A stretch of DNA of 64,000 nt, taken from positions 27,328 through 91,327 of the forward strand of contig SVAN01000002.1 in the NCBI GenBank assembly GCA_015059375.1. Reading direction: 5' to 3'. A program made the translations under genes and the position numbers. The notes under the pieces are model-generated. The model was not told the origin of the DNA, did not search any database, and saw only the letters and a program-made list of their open reading frames with translations. Shown piece by piece: positions 20,222 through 30,119 of the stretch. This DNA is from Bacillota bacterium (lineage in GTDB: Bacteria; Bacillota_I; Bacilli_A; RF39; UBA660). Positions within the stretch are counted from its first letter, which is position 1. Every line of letters starts with the position of its first letter.

Positions 20222-22009
20222 TTATAGTCCTCCACCAGAGCCAAAAGAATCTAATTCTTCTTGCGTTAATACAACCCTCATATTCATTCTTCGATTACCA
20301 CAAACAAATAATGCATATCCTTGTTCGTAGTATTTTATTCCTTCTCTTTCAGTTTCATTTAAATCAATTAATTTAGATAAATCTTCGACAGCTTGTTTTC
20401 TAAGTCCCATTACCAAATAGTAAGATGCGTTATCAAAAATTGCCTTACCATGCATAATTAAATTTGGAGCGGCAAAGTCAGTTGGTTGTTGGGTAATAAT
20501 AATTGTTCCTGTGTTATACTTACGACTTCTTCTTTGAATTTGTGCTAAAAATTCAGCGCCTAGTTCATTATGATTTGAAAGTAGTACGTGAGCCTCATCA
20601 ACCATCATTACGGTGTTAATATTCTTATCCAAACATAATCCCCATGCATATTTTAGTATATTAAAAAATAATGCATTTTTAATATTTTCATCACTATTCA
20701 TTAGTTCTTTAATATTAAACACAATAAAATCACTATCAATTTTTAGAGTTGTATGTCCAGTAAAATAATAACGTAGTTCCTTTACTAATGGTCGTACTTT
20801 TAATTCTAATCTTTCCATTACATCACGTTCATGCGTAGCGTCAGTCATAGAAAGTAATCGACCCTTAATAGTAGCATAAACATCGTCAAAAGTCGGATAA
20901 TCAGTACTTTTAAATTGCGTAAAGTCTGAATCATAATCTATTTTATATCTTTTATAAGTATCTTGTACAACTTCACTAAATAAAGTTAATACATCTTCTT
21001 CTATCGAAGGATTATAATACTTCATAAATGCTTTTAATTGTTGTAAAGTTCTAGTTAAAACAGTATATCCTAGCCCTTGTTCGATTTCTTCTTCATCTGC
21101 ATCAACAACAATCTCCAGTGGATTTATCATTCCAAAGTCTCCACCTTTACCTAAATCGATAAAGTCACCTTGGACATTATGAACCATCTCTTCAAGTTCA
21201 CCTTCCGGGTCAATACATACACACTTAAGGCCATTGCGTAAATGTGTTCTAAGCATTAACTTAGCAGCGGTACTTTTACCACTACCTGATGTACCAAGAA
21301 TAATCATATTGGCATTGTTTCGATTGCTTTCTTTTTGAATTTGATATAAAAACTGATTAAATAAAACAACTCCACCAGAAGCATCTACACCAAGTAAAGT
21401 TCCATTTCCGGGATCTTTAATACTATCAAAAACAAATGGATACATACCTGAGATTGTTATCGAAGGAATAGGAATTCCTATCCGTTCTTCAATATCTTGT
21501 TCTGGGAAAATAGGAATAATACTTTTTAATGCTTTTTCTTGTTCAAACATTAACGAAACAGGGCGCATTCCCATTGCATCTAAGTAGTTTCTAACTTGCA
21601 TTTTTCGCATTTCTAATTCTTCTTTATTGTCACCAGAAACCATCAAGTGCATTTGAAAATCAAAGATACGCGCTTGAGTTGACGCTAGCATCGAAATAAA
21701 TTGTTCCAAAGACTCATAATCTTGTCTAATTCTTTCTTGCGTAGTTTGATCTTTTTCACTTTGATATCTTATTTTTAAATCTGCGATTTCTTTGTTAAGC
21801 ATTTTTTTAAGAATTTCAAATGAAATTGGTATATGTTTAATTGCTAATCTTACTCCAGGCATATTAGTAATTCCTGCTAGATAACCAGGATATATACTCC
21901 GCGGATAAGAAACAATAGTCATAATTGTATAATATTTTCCACCAAGCATAAATTCAGTTGGTTTAAAATACATACCTTTTGGTGCTACTTCACTTTTAAT
22001 TTTTGACAT
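20222..22009 (-). CDS. VirB4-type T4SS ATPase (C-terminal ~3/4 of a typical Firmicute VirB4)
   Basis: Walker A ILGTSGSGKST and Walker B VMMVDEAH. The N-terminal APKGMYFKP...GGKYY...YPRSIYPGYL block is typical of VirB4. Confidence 0.85.
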   Translation of the reverse strand: MSKIKSEVAPKGMYFKPTEFMLGGKYYTIMTIVSYPRSIYPGYLAGITNMPGVRLAIKHIPISFEILKKMLNKEIADLKIRYQSEKDQTTQERIRQDYESLEQFISMLASTQARIFDFQMHLMVSGDNKEELEMRKMQVRNYLDAMGMRPVSLMFEQEKALKSIIPIFPEQDIEERIGIPIPSITISGMYPFVFDSIKDPGNGTLLGVDASGGVVLFNQFLYQIQKESNRNNANMIILGTSGSGKSTAAKLMLRTHLRNGLKCVCIDPEGELEEMVHNVQGDFIDLGKGGDFGMINPLEIVVDADEEEIEQGLGYTVLTRTLQQLKAFMKYYNPSIEEDVLTLFSEVVQDTYKRYKIDYDSDFTQFKSTDYPTFDDVYATIKGRLLSMTDATHERDVMERLELKVRPLVKELRYYFTGHTTLKIDSDFIVFNIKELMNSDENIKNALFFNILKYAWGLCLDKNINTVMMVDEAHVLLSNHNELGAEFLAQIQRRSRKYNTGTIIITQQPTDFAAPNLIMHGKAIFDNASYYLVMGLRKQAVEDLSKLIDLNETEREGIKYYEQGYALFVCGNRRMNMRVVLTQEELDSFGSGGGL

Positions 22010-22010
22010 C

Positions 22011-22571
22011 TTACATCACCGCCCTAAAATTAGTTGTTTGACCATCATTAAGGTAATTATCAAGTATCATTCTTAAATCATTATTACTTGTTTGCATCGC
22101 TTGTAATCCCGCACTTGCTAGACCACTTATTAAATTATGAATTTTCTTTTGAACAAGTTCCATTTTCTTTTCTTTAAATAAAATATAATATTCTGTATCA
22201 ACTACGCTATATTGTTGACTCATAAATAAATTTGCTTTATTAATATCTTGCATAATCATCTTTCTAATTGCCCCATTGGTACTTTGGTTATACATTACTT
22301 GAAGCTGCGCTAAATAGATATCAATGTCAACGGGTCTATCTGCAATCAAAAGCCAAAATTCATAATCAATCGTATTATAAAAATTGCCTAAGTTATATAA
22401 TACATTATTTTGTGTTCCTTGATCTAAGATAAAAATGTTACGTGGAGTTATTTTAACCCCAGTAACATAAAAACCATCATCGGTTTGAATCATTCCATTA
22501 GCTATCGCCTTAATAGGCAGCCAATCTTCAGAATATTTAGAATCATAAGATGAATTATTCGTTTGTGTCAT
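22011..22571 (-). CDS. VirB4 N-terminal-domain-like protein (separate ORF)
   Basis: WLPIKAIANGMIQTDDGFYVTGVKITPRNIFIL resembles the extreme N-terminus of full-length Gram-positive VirB4 proteins. The stop TAA lies 1 nt before the next ATG. Confidence 0.55.
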   Translation of the reverse strand: MTQTNNSSYDSKYSEDWLPIKAIANGMIQTDDGFYVTGVKITPRNIFILDQGTQNNVLYNLGNFYNTIDYEFWLLIADRPVDIDIYLAQLQVMYNQSTNGAIRKMIMQDINKANLFMSQQYSVVDTEYYILFKEKKMELVQKKIHNLISGLASAGLQAMQTSNNDLRMILDNYLNDGQTTNFRAVM

Positions 22572-22866
22572 CTTTCACACACCAACCCTTCCAATAATAT
22601 TTCTTTCTTCCAAATGCAAAACTAATTATATTGGATAATAATTGCATTACATTATGATAATGTGCAATTGGAAAAACCATTAATGCCGCGAAAAGCAAAG
22701 GTAATATTGCAATTATTAATTCTAAAGTTGTTGGATCTTGTAAAATGATTAGTAATAGTACCGTTAATCCCCCACCAATTCCGCATACAATTAAATCCGT
22801 TAAAGTAAAAAAACCTAGAATTAATTTAGATTTCTTACTATTAGCAGGAATTAAATATTGGTTCAC
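22555..22866 (-). CDS. PrgI/VirB3-like small membrane protein
   Basis: 103 aa with 2 TM helices, immediately upstream of the VirB4 genes. Confidence 0.5.
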   Translation of the reverse strand: MNQYLIPANSKKSKLILGFFTLTDLIVCGIGGGLTVLLLIILQDPTTLELIIAILPLLFAALMVFPIAHYHNVMQLLSNIISFAFGRKKYYWKGWCVKDDTNE

Positions 22867-22886
22867 TTTTTATTCCTCCTTTGTTA

Positions 22887-25058
22887 TTACTTTTTATCTT
22901 TACCAGCGTTTCGACTTTCAGCAGCTTGACGAATACGAGAAGATTCCGATCTAGCACGTGAACGTTTATGCTTGTACGCAGTAACGATATCATCCATTTT
23001 ATGTCCACCATCAGAAATTGTAAATGAAGTAAATTCTTTTCCTTCATCTTCGTCACGTACATAACTACCGTCTGCTTTAAATTGAGTTTCGACTTCATTA
23101 GCAAAGGATATTGATTCTGTAATATCGCCACTTTTTAAACCGTATTTAGTATAATCGCCTTTAAGAATATCATCTTGGAATCTTAATCTAGATTCTTTCC
23201 ATAATTGATTGTACATATTATTCAAATCAGCAACTTTATTTGCGTGTTCTCTTGCCTTAAGCTCAACAGCCTCCAAATATGCGTCATTATCTAAAACACC
23301 ATTTACTGTATATTGTTGTTTGTCAACCATAGCGCTAAAATCTGTAATTCCTTTTAATCTATCTATATCAGCTTCAATTGCTGCCATACTCATTCCCCTA
23401 TATCCTTCGAAAAGATTGTTTAATCTAGCAACTGTCGCATCATCTCCTTTAAAGCCTTTTTTACCATTAGTTGTATCCGTCATATCGGCTACAAGCACAG
23501 TGTTTGTTCTGAGTTTTTTCTTCATAATATCTTCTGAAGCATCTTCAAATTTTTTAAATTTACTTTCAATAGCATCAGCAGCTCTTATCTCACTATTATA
23601 TTGTTCAGCGCCTCCAGTCGCCCAGTCTTTTATGCCAGCGCCAACATCCGCAATATGGCCCCAAGCAGCACTTTTTGTAAACACATTATTGCCAGATGCC
23701 CTATATCTTGTTACACGATCTTCTCTCGCTCCACGCGCTTCGATTGTTTCATCAGCAGCTCTCCTTGAGCTAGCAACCATTTCAGACCATGAGCCAGCAT
23801 TTTTTCCATTATTTAACCCACGTGCAGTTCCACTTCCAGCTCCTGCTATAGTACTTCCGACACCTTTAGCCGCAACGGCAGCTCTTTCATACCATTTTTT
23901 ACCTTTACTATCTTTAAAATTCCCATATGCGTGCGTCGCATTTCTTGTCATTGCTGTTACTCCACTACCAACAGCAGCTCCCGCAGCAAATGCTCCGCCA
24001 CCTTTTAATTTTTCTTTAATACCAAGACTCACATCGCCAAAATTAAATATTTCTTCTATTAATTTAGAAGCAGCCTTCATAAATGTAACAACACCTAGAA
24101 TAATAAAAGCATTAGCAAATAGTTGAACTCCGGCCGAACAATCATCACAAGCGTTTGCCCAAAAAGAATCAGAATTATATATTTCTGCCACAATTGATAT
24201 TAAGTATACACCTAAATTCATAATAAATATTCTAATAAATAATGCAATATATGTTTTATATGTTGCGCTCCACCAGTTCTTAAATATATTAGCTTTATCT
24301 GGTAAAATACGACTAGAGATAGCAATCGGAGCTATTATTTGATAAAAAGCTAATTTACAAACCCGCACTGCCAAATCAAAACAAAACGAAACTATTACAT
24401 AACATAAATAGCAGCCTGCCACAATGGCAATAAACCAATAAAATTCTATTTCTCCGGACGCAACATTAGTTGCAAAATCATTAAATACATACATATCGCC
24501 CTGTGATTGTGCAATTTCCTTTGCTTCCTGTAAATTTTTTCCTCCATCACCATTTACTTTAGCGTCGTTCCCGTTGGCTGCATTAAAAAATGCCTCAAAA
24601 GTATTCGATGCCATAACGTATCCGCCAGCTTTGATGCTTCCTTCACCGTCATAGCCAGAAACTTTAACGTCGCTAAAAAATTTAGTAAAAATTTGTTGAT
24701 CAAGTATTGCGTCAGAAACTTTAAACGCAAACGAAAACAAAGAAGGACATAATACAATCAAAATAAAAGACGTTACTATGTTTTTAAGCATTTTTTCAAC
24801 ACTGGCTCCTCCTTTATTTTTATCAGGATCAACAACCAACATCAAAAAATTGTATGCAATAACAAAAAGCATTACAACTCCTAAGACAACATAAATCTTT
24901 TCTGTTAAAGCAGCGTAATGTTCTTGTTCAAAAATATTTTGTTTAGCTAAAACCAAAAAAATTTGGTAAGTATAATTTACCACTTGAAAAATACTAGCAA
25001 CAAGACCAATGATAATTCCCCAAAAGAATTTACCTAAACCTAAAAAATCCAAAAACAT
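22887..25058 (-). CDS. VirB6/TrbL-like polytopic channel protein with long soluble C-terminal domain
   Basis: About 8 TM helices in the N-terminal 350 aa, followed by a G/A-rich linker and a 330 aa charged domain. Confidence 0.6.
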   Translation of the reverse strand: MFLDFLGLGKFFWGIIIGLVASIFQVVNYTYQIFLVLAKQNIFEQEHYAALTEKIYVVLGVVMLFVIAYNFLMLVVDPDKNKGGASVEKMLKNIVTSFILIVLCPSLFSFAFKVSDAILDQQIFTKFFSDVKVSGYDGEGSIKAGGYVMASNTFEAFFNAANGNDAKVNGDGGKNLQEAKEIAQSQGDMYVFNDFATNVASGEIEFYWFIAIVAGCYLCYVIVSFCFDLAVRVCKLAFYQIIAPIAISSRILPDKANIFKNWWSATYKTYIALFIRIFIMNLGVYLISIVAEIYNSDSFWANACDDCSAGVQLFANAFIILGVVTFMKAASKLIEEIFNFGDVSLGIKEKLKGGGAFAAGAAVGSGVTAMTRNATHAYGNFKDSKGKKWYERAAVAAKGVGSTIAGAGSGTARGLNNGKNAGSWSEMVASSRRAADETIEARGAREDRVTRYRASGNNVFTKSAAWGHIADVGAGIKDWATGGAEQYNSEIRAADAIESKFKKFEDASEDIMKKKLRTNTVLVADMTDTTNGKKGFKGDDATVARLNNLFEGYRGMSMAAIEADIDRLKGITDFSAMVDKQQYTVNGVLDNDAYLEAVELKAREHANKVADLNNMYNQLWKESRLRFQDDILKGDYTKYGLKSGDITESISFANEVETQFKADGSYVRDEDEGKEFTSFTISDGGHKMDDIVTAYKHKRSRARSESSRIRQAAESRNAGKDKK

Positions 25059-25068
25059 AACTACACCC

Positions 25069-25482
25069 CTAACTTATACCACAAGTACCATATACATCAA
25101 TTAATCTAAGAATAGTTTCGATAATGGTTGGTAATAAGAATAACATGACAGCATAGCACAAACGATTAAACGCCGTTTTAGCTAATGGCTTATACATATC
25201 TTTATCTTCTCCTAAAATTGCTTTACCAAAATCAACTATAGTGAGCACAATGCATAAGATAATTCCTAAATATTTCATAACATCTAGAACTTTTTGTAGA
25301 TAATAAGCTAAATCTCCAGGCTGTTCAGGATCCCCAAATAGAGCATCACATTCTTTAGTTGTAAGATTCGTAGCAAAATTTTCATATACAGAAACATCTG
25401 TTTTTGATGTAGCTTCCACAAGATTCATTCCAAGAAAAAGAACAAATCCAGCAAAAAATAACAATATAATTTTTTTCATCAT
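25069..25482 (-). CDS. small secreted 2-TM protein (candidate pilin-like/VirB2 analogue)
   Basis: Signal peptide plus two C-terminal TM helices. 137 aa, in first or second position of the T4SS operon. Confidence 0.45.
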   Translation of the reverse strand: MMKKIILLFFAGFVLFLGMNLVEATSKTDVSVYENFATNLTTKECDALFGDPEQPGDLAYYLQKVLDVMKYLGIILCIVLTIVDFGKAILGEDKDMYKPLAKTAFNRLCYAVMLFLLPTIIETILRLIDVYGTCGIS

Positions 25483-25540
25483 TAACTACCTTTCTAGTAT
25501 ATACTTTAAGTATACACCATCGAACAAAAATACTCAAATA

Positions 25541-26020
25541 TTATGAGTATTTTTTTATTAGTTGATCGCACGTTTTAATCGAAGTCAAACATTTTCCACA
25601 ATCAGTAAATTGTGATGTTGATTTATCATAATTATGAACACCTTCCATAAGCGAATAAATAATGGTCGGTATAAAGAAAATAAACGCTCCAACTATAAAT
25701 TTTGTCAAAAGCAACTGGGCCGATTTTTTCAAAGCGTTATCATCTTCATAAACAACAGCTTTTCCTAAATTCATTATTCCAGTAACAATCAACATAATTG
25801 GTACCATAACTTTGATTACCACAATAATAACAGCAAAAATTTTTACTGCTTTTATTACCCCTGGTTCATGACACACTACAATCGAAGGTCGATTATCTGA
25901 TAAAGCTAACACTTGCATTTCATCCGAATCCGCTAATACTTCTTGAGGATAGCTTCCAAATCCTACAGATAAAGCAGCCAAAAATAGTATAAATATTTTA
26001 ATGAGCTTCATAACAAACAA
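25541..26020 (-). CDS. small secreted 2-TM protein, same architecture as the downstream 137 aa protein
   Basis: Signal peptide, two TM helices and a Cys-containing tail. 159 aa. Confidence 0.45.
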   Translation of the reverse strand: MFVMKLIKIFILFLAALSVGFGSYPQEVLADSDEMQVLALSDNRPSIVVCHEPGVIKAVKIFAVIIVVIKVMVPIMLIVTGIMNLGKAVVYEDDNALKKSAQLLLTKFIVGAFIFFIPTIIYSLMEGVHNYDKSTSQFTDCGKCLTSIKTCDQLIKKYS

Positions 26021-26077
26021 TACCCTCTTTCACGAATTATTATAAACTATCAATCGCGAGTTTACAAGAAAAATCCC

Positions 26078-28015
26078 CTATTCTTTATCTTTTATTTCAA
26101 AAAGATATATGCTTAAAATAAGAAGGCCAAACGCGAAAATAACAATAGTTATTAAAGACGGTATAGAAACGGAGAAATATATTATTTCATAATAACTAGA
26201 TAAGACCGCTAAAAGATTATTAAGAAAATGCAAAATCATAGGAACAACAAGCGATTTGGTTTTGATATATGTATAGGCTAACATTAACCCCAATATAAAA
26301 GCAAATATTGATTGCAACCAATTCAAATGATATATTCCAAAGATTAAAGCACTACAAATTATTGCTATAACACTTCCGAATTTCTTTTGAAAAGAATTAA
26401 AAATAACTCCTCTAAAAAGGATTTCCTCAGAAATTGCCGGTAGAACCGCTACTACCAAAACTGACATCAATAAATTATCAAAAGACAAAAAAGATTCAAA
26501 AACGCTATAGTCTTTAACAACACTTGGAAAAATAATTGCTACAAATTGAATAATAAAGTTAGCGATTATGTAGACAGCAATATACATCATTAATGAATAA
26601 CAAAATTTAGAAAATTCAAACTTATTTATTTTAAGTCCTTTTTTAAAATCGAAATTAACAAGTGTCCCAGAAACTAATACAACTAAAGCAATTGTAAAAG
26701 GCATTATTGAAACCAAGAAATATTTTGAAGTATTAATAAAAATAAGCGAAAAATACATAGCTAATAGATATGTTATTACTGCCATAAATATAGAGGCCAA
26801 TACACTAAAGTACACCTTTTTGCTTTTGCCATTTTTAAAGCTTAAATAAAGCATATTTTTAGTGTTAAATAAAATATCCTCTTGATTGTACAACTTTGAA
26901 ATAATTATAATTAGTAATATAGAATATATAATTGTTGATGCAAAAGTTAAAATAACAAAAATAAAATCAATGTTGGTTGCTAATGCATTATTAAATAAAA
27001 GTGATATATTCACAAACGGAATTAAAGCATATTTTAATGATGCATTCACACCAAACATCGGAAGCAATGAAATAAGTGTAACAAATAGTTCTAAAGGATA
27101 CAAAGAATTTTGAGCTTCCTTTAAATTTTTAGAAAAAATTGTAATACTAAGAAGAAGGCCACTGAAAAGAAGCGAAATAAGCAAAATTGCAATCAAAAAA
27201 ATTAATAAACTTTTAAAGCCAATTGTTAACCCACTTACTCCTAGCATACTAAGTGTATTTCCAGCAAAATACATGGTACCAAATAGCGAAATATACGTCA
27301 AAATTCCGGACATCGAAGATAAAGCAAAAACCGTTATAAACTTACTAGTAATTAACTCCGATTTTTTAATAGGCAAACTTAACAACGTTTCCAAAGTTCC
27401 TTTTTCTTTTTCTGAAGTAGTTACATCTATTGCAACAGAAAAACACACTGAAGAGACAATCATAATTAAAGCCATCGAGATAACTGAAGGAATTAAACTT
27501 CCCATCTCAGTTACACTCTCTTGAACAAATGTAACATTAAAAGAATTTTTTATTAATTGATAATCAACATTTAAATCATTAAGTGTGTTTTCAATATACA
27601 ACTCACGATAATCTTTATAAATATTTTCCACAATAATACTACTAGCAATAAAACTACTATTACTTTCATCATAATGTAGTTCATAATTATTACCATTATT
27701 GATTACGTACACGCCAATTTCATCATTATCAAACATCTTTTTTAACGAATCCACATCATCATAAATAATAGTTATTTCATAATCATCCGAATATTTGTTT
27801 ACAAAATGTTGAAAGTCATCAGTCACATGATAATTAACCCCAAATTTAATAGTATCATCGACTTGTGTAAAGGTCGTCATTATGATACTCATCATCCCAA
27901 TTAATAGTGGAAAGATTAAAAGTGGCAATAAAATCATTATTAGAAACGATTTGCGATCACGAATAATATTTAGAAATTCTTTCTTTAGTAAAGACAAAAT
28001 TACATTAAATCTCAT
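26078..28015 (-). CDS. ABC-2 (NatB-like) permease fused to a CPBP/CAAX intramembrane protease domain
   Basis: N-terminal ABC-2 permease topology. C-terminal CPBP motifs EEILFRG, FGIYH and HFLNN. Confidence 0.8.
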   Translation of the reverse strand: MRFNVILSLLKKEFLNIIRDRKSFLIMILLPLLIFPLLIGMMSIIMTTFTQVDDTIKFGVNYHVTDDFQHFVNKYSDDYEITIIYDDVDSLKKMFDNDEIGVYVINNGNNYELHYDESNSSFIASSIIVENIYKDYRELYIENTLNDLNVDYQLIKNSFNVTFVQESVTEMGSLIPSVISMALIMIVSSVCFSVAIDVTTSEKEKGTLETLLSLPIKKSELITSKFITVFALSSMSGILTYISLFGTMYFAGNTLSMLGVSGLTIGFKSLLIFLIAILLISLLFSGLLLSITIFSKNLKEAQNSLYPLELFVTLISLLPMFGVNASLKYALIPFVNISLLFNNALATNIDFIFVILTFASTIIYSILLIIIISKLYNQEDILFNTKNMLYLSFKNGKSKKVYFSVLASIFMAVITYLLAMYFSLIFINTSKYFLVSIMPFTIALVVLVSGTLVNFDFKKGLKINKFEFSKFCYSLMMYIAVYIIANFIIQFVAIIFPSVVKDYSVFESFLSFDNLLMSVLVVAVLPAISEEILFRGVIFNSFQKKFGSVIAIICSALIFGIYHLNWLQSIFAFILGLMLAYTYIKTKSLVVPMILHFLNNLLAVLSSYYEIIYFSVSIPSLITIVIFAFGLLILSIYLFEIKDKE

Positions 28016-28772
28016 AATTCCCTCTTATTATTTCAAAAAAAGCATCGCGTAAATTACTTGTTTTAGTACCATCTAATATCTTACCAGGAGTATTTTCACA
28101 TATTTTTTGACCATGATCAATAAACGCAACATAGTCACAAATATTTTCGGCCTCTTCCATATAATGGGTAGAATAAATAATTGTTTTACCTCTTTTCTTC
28201 TCTTCTTTAATAAAGTCAATTATAATTTGGCTACTTATTACGTCCAATCCCGAAGTAGCTTCATCAAAAATATAATACTTTGGATCATGAATAAAACAAC
28301 GTGCAAGATTTGTACGTTGAACTTGGCCAGTAGATAAATTTCCTATTTTATTATCTTGAAATTTTTGCATATTAAGAAGCCCAATTACTTCTCTAATTCG
28401 ATTGTTTAAGATATCTTTTGGAATTCCATAAATATCACCAAAAATATGCAAGAGCTCTTTTGGTGTAATATTTTCATATAATTTAGTATTCCCAGACAAA
28501 AAAGCCACTTTATTTTTTATATTTTCGCTATCATTTTTATAACAAGAATCGTCTATTAAAATATTTCCTTTAGTTGGTTCCATAATTCCGGAAATCATTC
28601 GCAGAAGCGTCGTTTTTCCCGCTCCATTTTGGCCTAAAATTCCGTATATTGTTCCTTCTTCAATTTTTAAAGAAATATCCTGCACGGCATAAAATATACT
28701 ACTTTTTTTGCCAACATTTTTAATAAATTTCTTATAAACATTCTGCACTAGTATCATAGCTTGTCCTTTCAA
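28005..28772 (-). CDS. ABC transporter ATP-binding protein
   Basis: Walker A GQNGAGKTT, signature LSTGQ and Walker B YIFDEATSGLD. Confidence 0.9.
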   Translation of the reverse strand: MKGQAMILVQNVYKKFIKNVGKKSSIFYAVQDISLKIEEGTIYGILGQNGAGKTTLLRMISGIMEPTKGNILIDDSCYKNDSENIKNKVAFLSGNTKLYENITPKELLHIFGDIYGIPKDILNNRIREVIGLLNMQKFQDNKIGNLSTGQVQRTNLARCFIHDPKYYIFDEATSGLDVISSQIIIDFIKEEKKRGKTIIYSTHYMEEAENICDYVAFIDHGQKICENTPGKILDGTKTSNLRDAFFEIIRGNYEI

Positions 28773-29852
28773 TTAAAACTTTTTAGGTACTACGCAATCC
28801 TCGTAATCAATTTTATATTCATTTTTCAGCTGCGGATATCTTTCTAACAATTCTGGATGATGAATAATGACTGTATCAAATAATTCATATAAATTTTCTT
28901 TGCCATCACCATAAATACGCATATCATTTTTAGAATGATTAATAATATTTTGAATTGTTTGTAAATATGGGTTTATTCCATCTTTAAATTGCAATCCAAA
29001 CTTTTTAAATAATTTTAAAAGTTCAGTAATAGCAAATAATTCTGCCTCTGCTTCATAAGAAATTAGCGAATAATTGTCATTATAATAATTAGGGACATAC
29101 GCCGAAAGAATTTCTTCTTTAATTTCTTTCATTGCATACTCATCATATTTTTTATCTATCATAATTTCTTTATACTGTTTAATATGACCAAGTTCATGAA
29201 ATAAGTTTTTTATCGCCTTATACTTTCCAGAATAATAAAACGAATAAATATCTTCACGATTTAAGAAAACTGATTCTTTAATTGAATAACTTTGCATTCC
29301 TAAAAGGGCATTTTCATTAACCACATAACATTTAGGATTAGGAAGATATTCGCGCATTTTTAATAAAGCATAGTTACGAAATAAATTTTCAAAGGCATCA
29401 TAACTAAGTTCAATATTGCCAACCAAAACCATTTGTAAATAATACTCATAAACTAACGTTTCATCTTCTACAAGATTATTATTTATCAAAAACTCAATAC
29501 ACAACAAATCCTCGGGTTTTAATTTTCTCTGTAGACTAACCGAACGCAATATTCGCAAATAGCTTTTATTTAACTCATCACGATAATGATAATCCTCTAA
29601 TAAATTACTAACTTCTTTTATATAATATTTTTCTAATAAATATAATTGATTAAAAAAGCTATTTATTGGCATTCGCTGAATATTTAAAGTATTCAATACA
29701 TTTTGAACGTCATTTACTAAGCGAATTATTCTTTGAGTATAGTGGTGCCGCTCTAAATTTGAAGTTTTAGGATCAAAAATCCGAGGCACATAAAAAGAAA
29801 GCACAGAACTCTTGCTATTAAGATATTTAAAAATATAAGCATCTTGTTCCAT
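28773..29852 (-). CDS. cytoplasmic HExxH-motif protein (putative zinc metallopeptidase), function unknown
   Basis: FHELGHIKQY motif and no signal peptide. Its stop abuts the ABC ATPase start, so they share an operon. Confidence 0.5.
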   Translation of the reverse strand: MEQDAYIFKYLNSKSSVLSFYVPRIFDPKTSNLERHHYTQRIIRLVNDVQNVLNTLNIQRMPINSFFNQLYLLEKYYIKEVSNLLEDYHYRDELNKSYLRILRSVSLQRKLKPEDLLCIEFLINNNLVEDETLVYEYYLQMVLVGNIELSYDAFENLFRNYALLKMREYLPNPKCYVVNENALLGMQSYSIKESVFLNREDIYSFYYSGKYKAIKNLFHELGHIKQYKEIMIDKKYDEYAMKEIKEEILSAYVPNYYNDNYSLISYEAEAELFAITELLKLFKKFGLQFKDGINPYLQTIQNIINHSKNDMRIYGDGKENLYELFDTVIIHHPELLERYPQLKNEYKIDYEDCVVPKKF

Positions 29853-29938
29853 TTAAACTCTCCTATTATTATTTAATAATAACATAATATCAAAAAAAAA
29901 TAAATTGCTTAACACAACTTATTTTATTTTCTAAATAA

Positions 29939-30052
29939 TTATTTAGTCTTTTTTGCTTTCTTCTTAAGAGGAACCAATTTTACTTTAACCCCTTTAACTA
30001 AAGCATATTGTTTTTTTACACCTTCTGGCAAATTTTTCTTTAATACTTTCAT
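29939..30052 (-). CDS. unannotated 37 aa highly basic small protein
   Basis: RBS gaggtg then ATG. MKVLKKNLPEGVKKQYALVKGVKVKLVPLKKKAKKTK*. Below the ORF-track length cutoff. Confidence 0.35.
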   Translation of the reverse strand: MKVLKKNLPEGVKKQYALVKGVKVKLVPLKKKAKKTK

Positions 30053-30119
30053 TTCACACCTCGCAAAAAAATTATAGCATATTTTCCTCAAATGTACAGA
30101 TATTTTAAAGCATAAAATA

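Larger units (their letters stand above)
14300..26020 (-). mobile_element. Gram-positive type IV secretion (conjugation-like) gene module, possibly an ICE remnant
   Basis: Nine co-directional genes: two small secreted 2-TM proteins, VirB6-like, PrgI-like, split VirB4, PG hydrolase, an anchored protein and a T4CP. No relaxase or integrase is adjacent. Confidence 0.5.

Noticed and set aside
23209-24126. 305 aa plus-strand ORF inside the VirB6-like gene
   Set aside because: It is antisense to a well-supported gene. The A/S/L/P-rich low-complexity translation is typical of the reverse frame of a GC-richer segment. It has no RBS and no motif.
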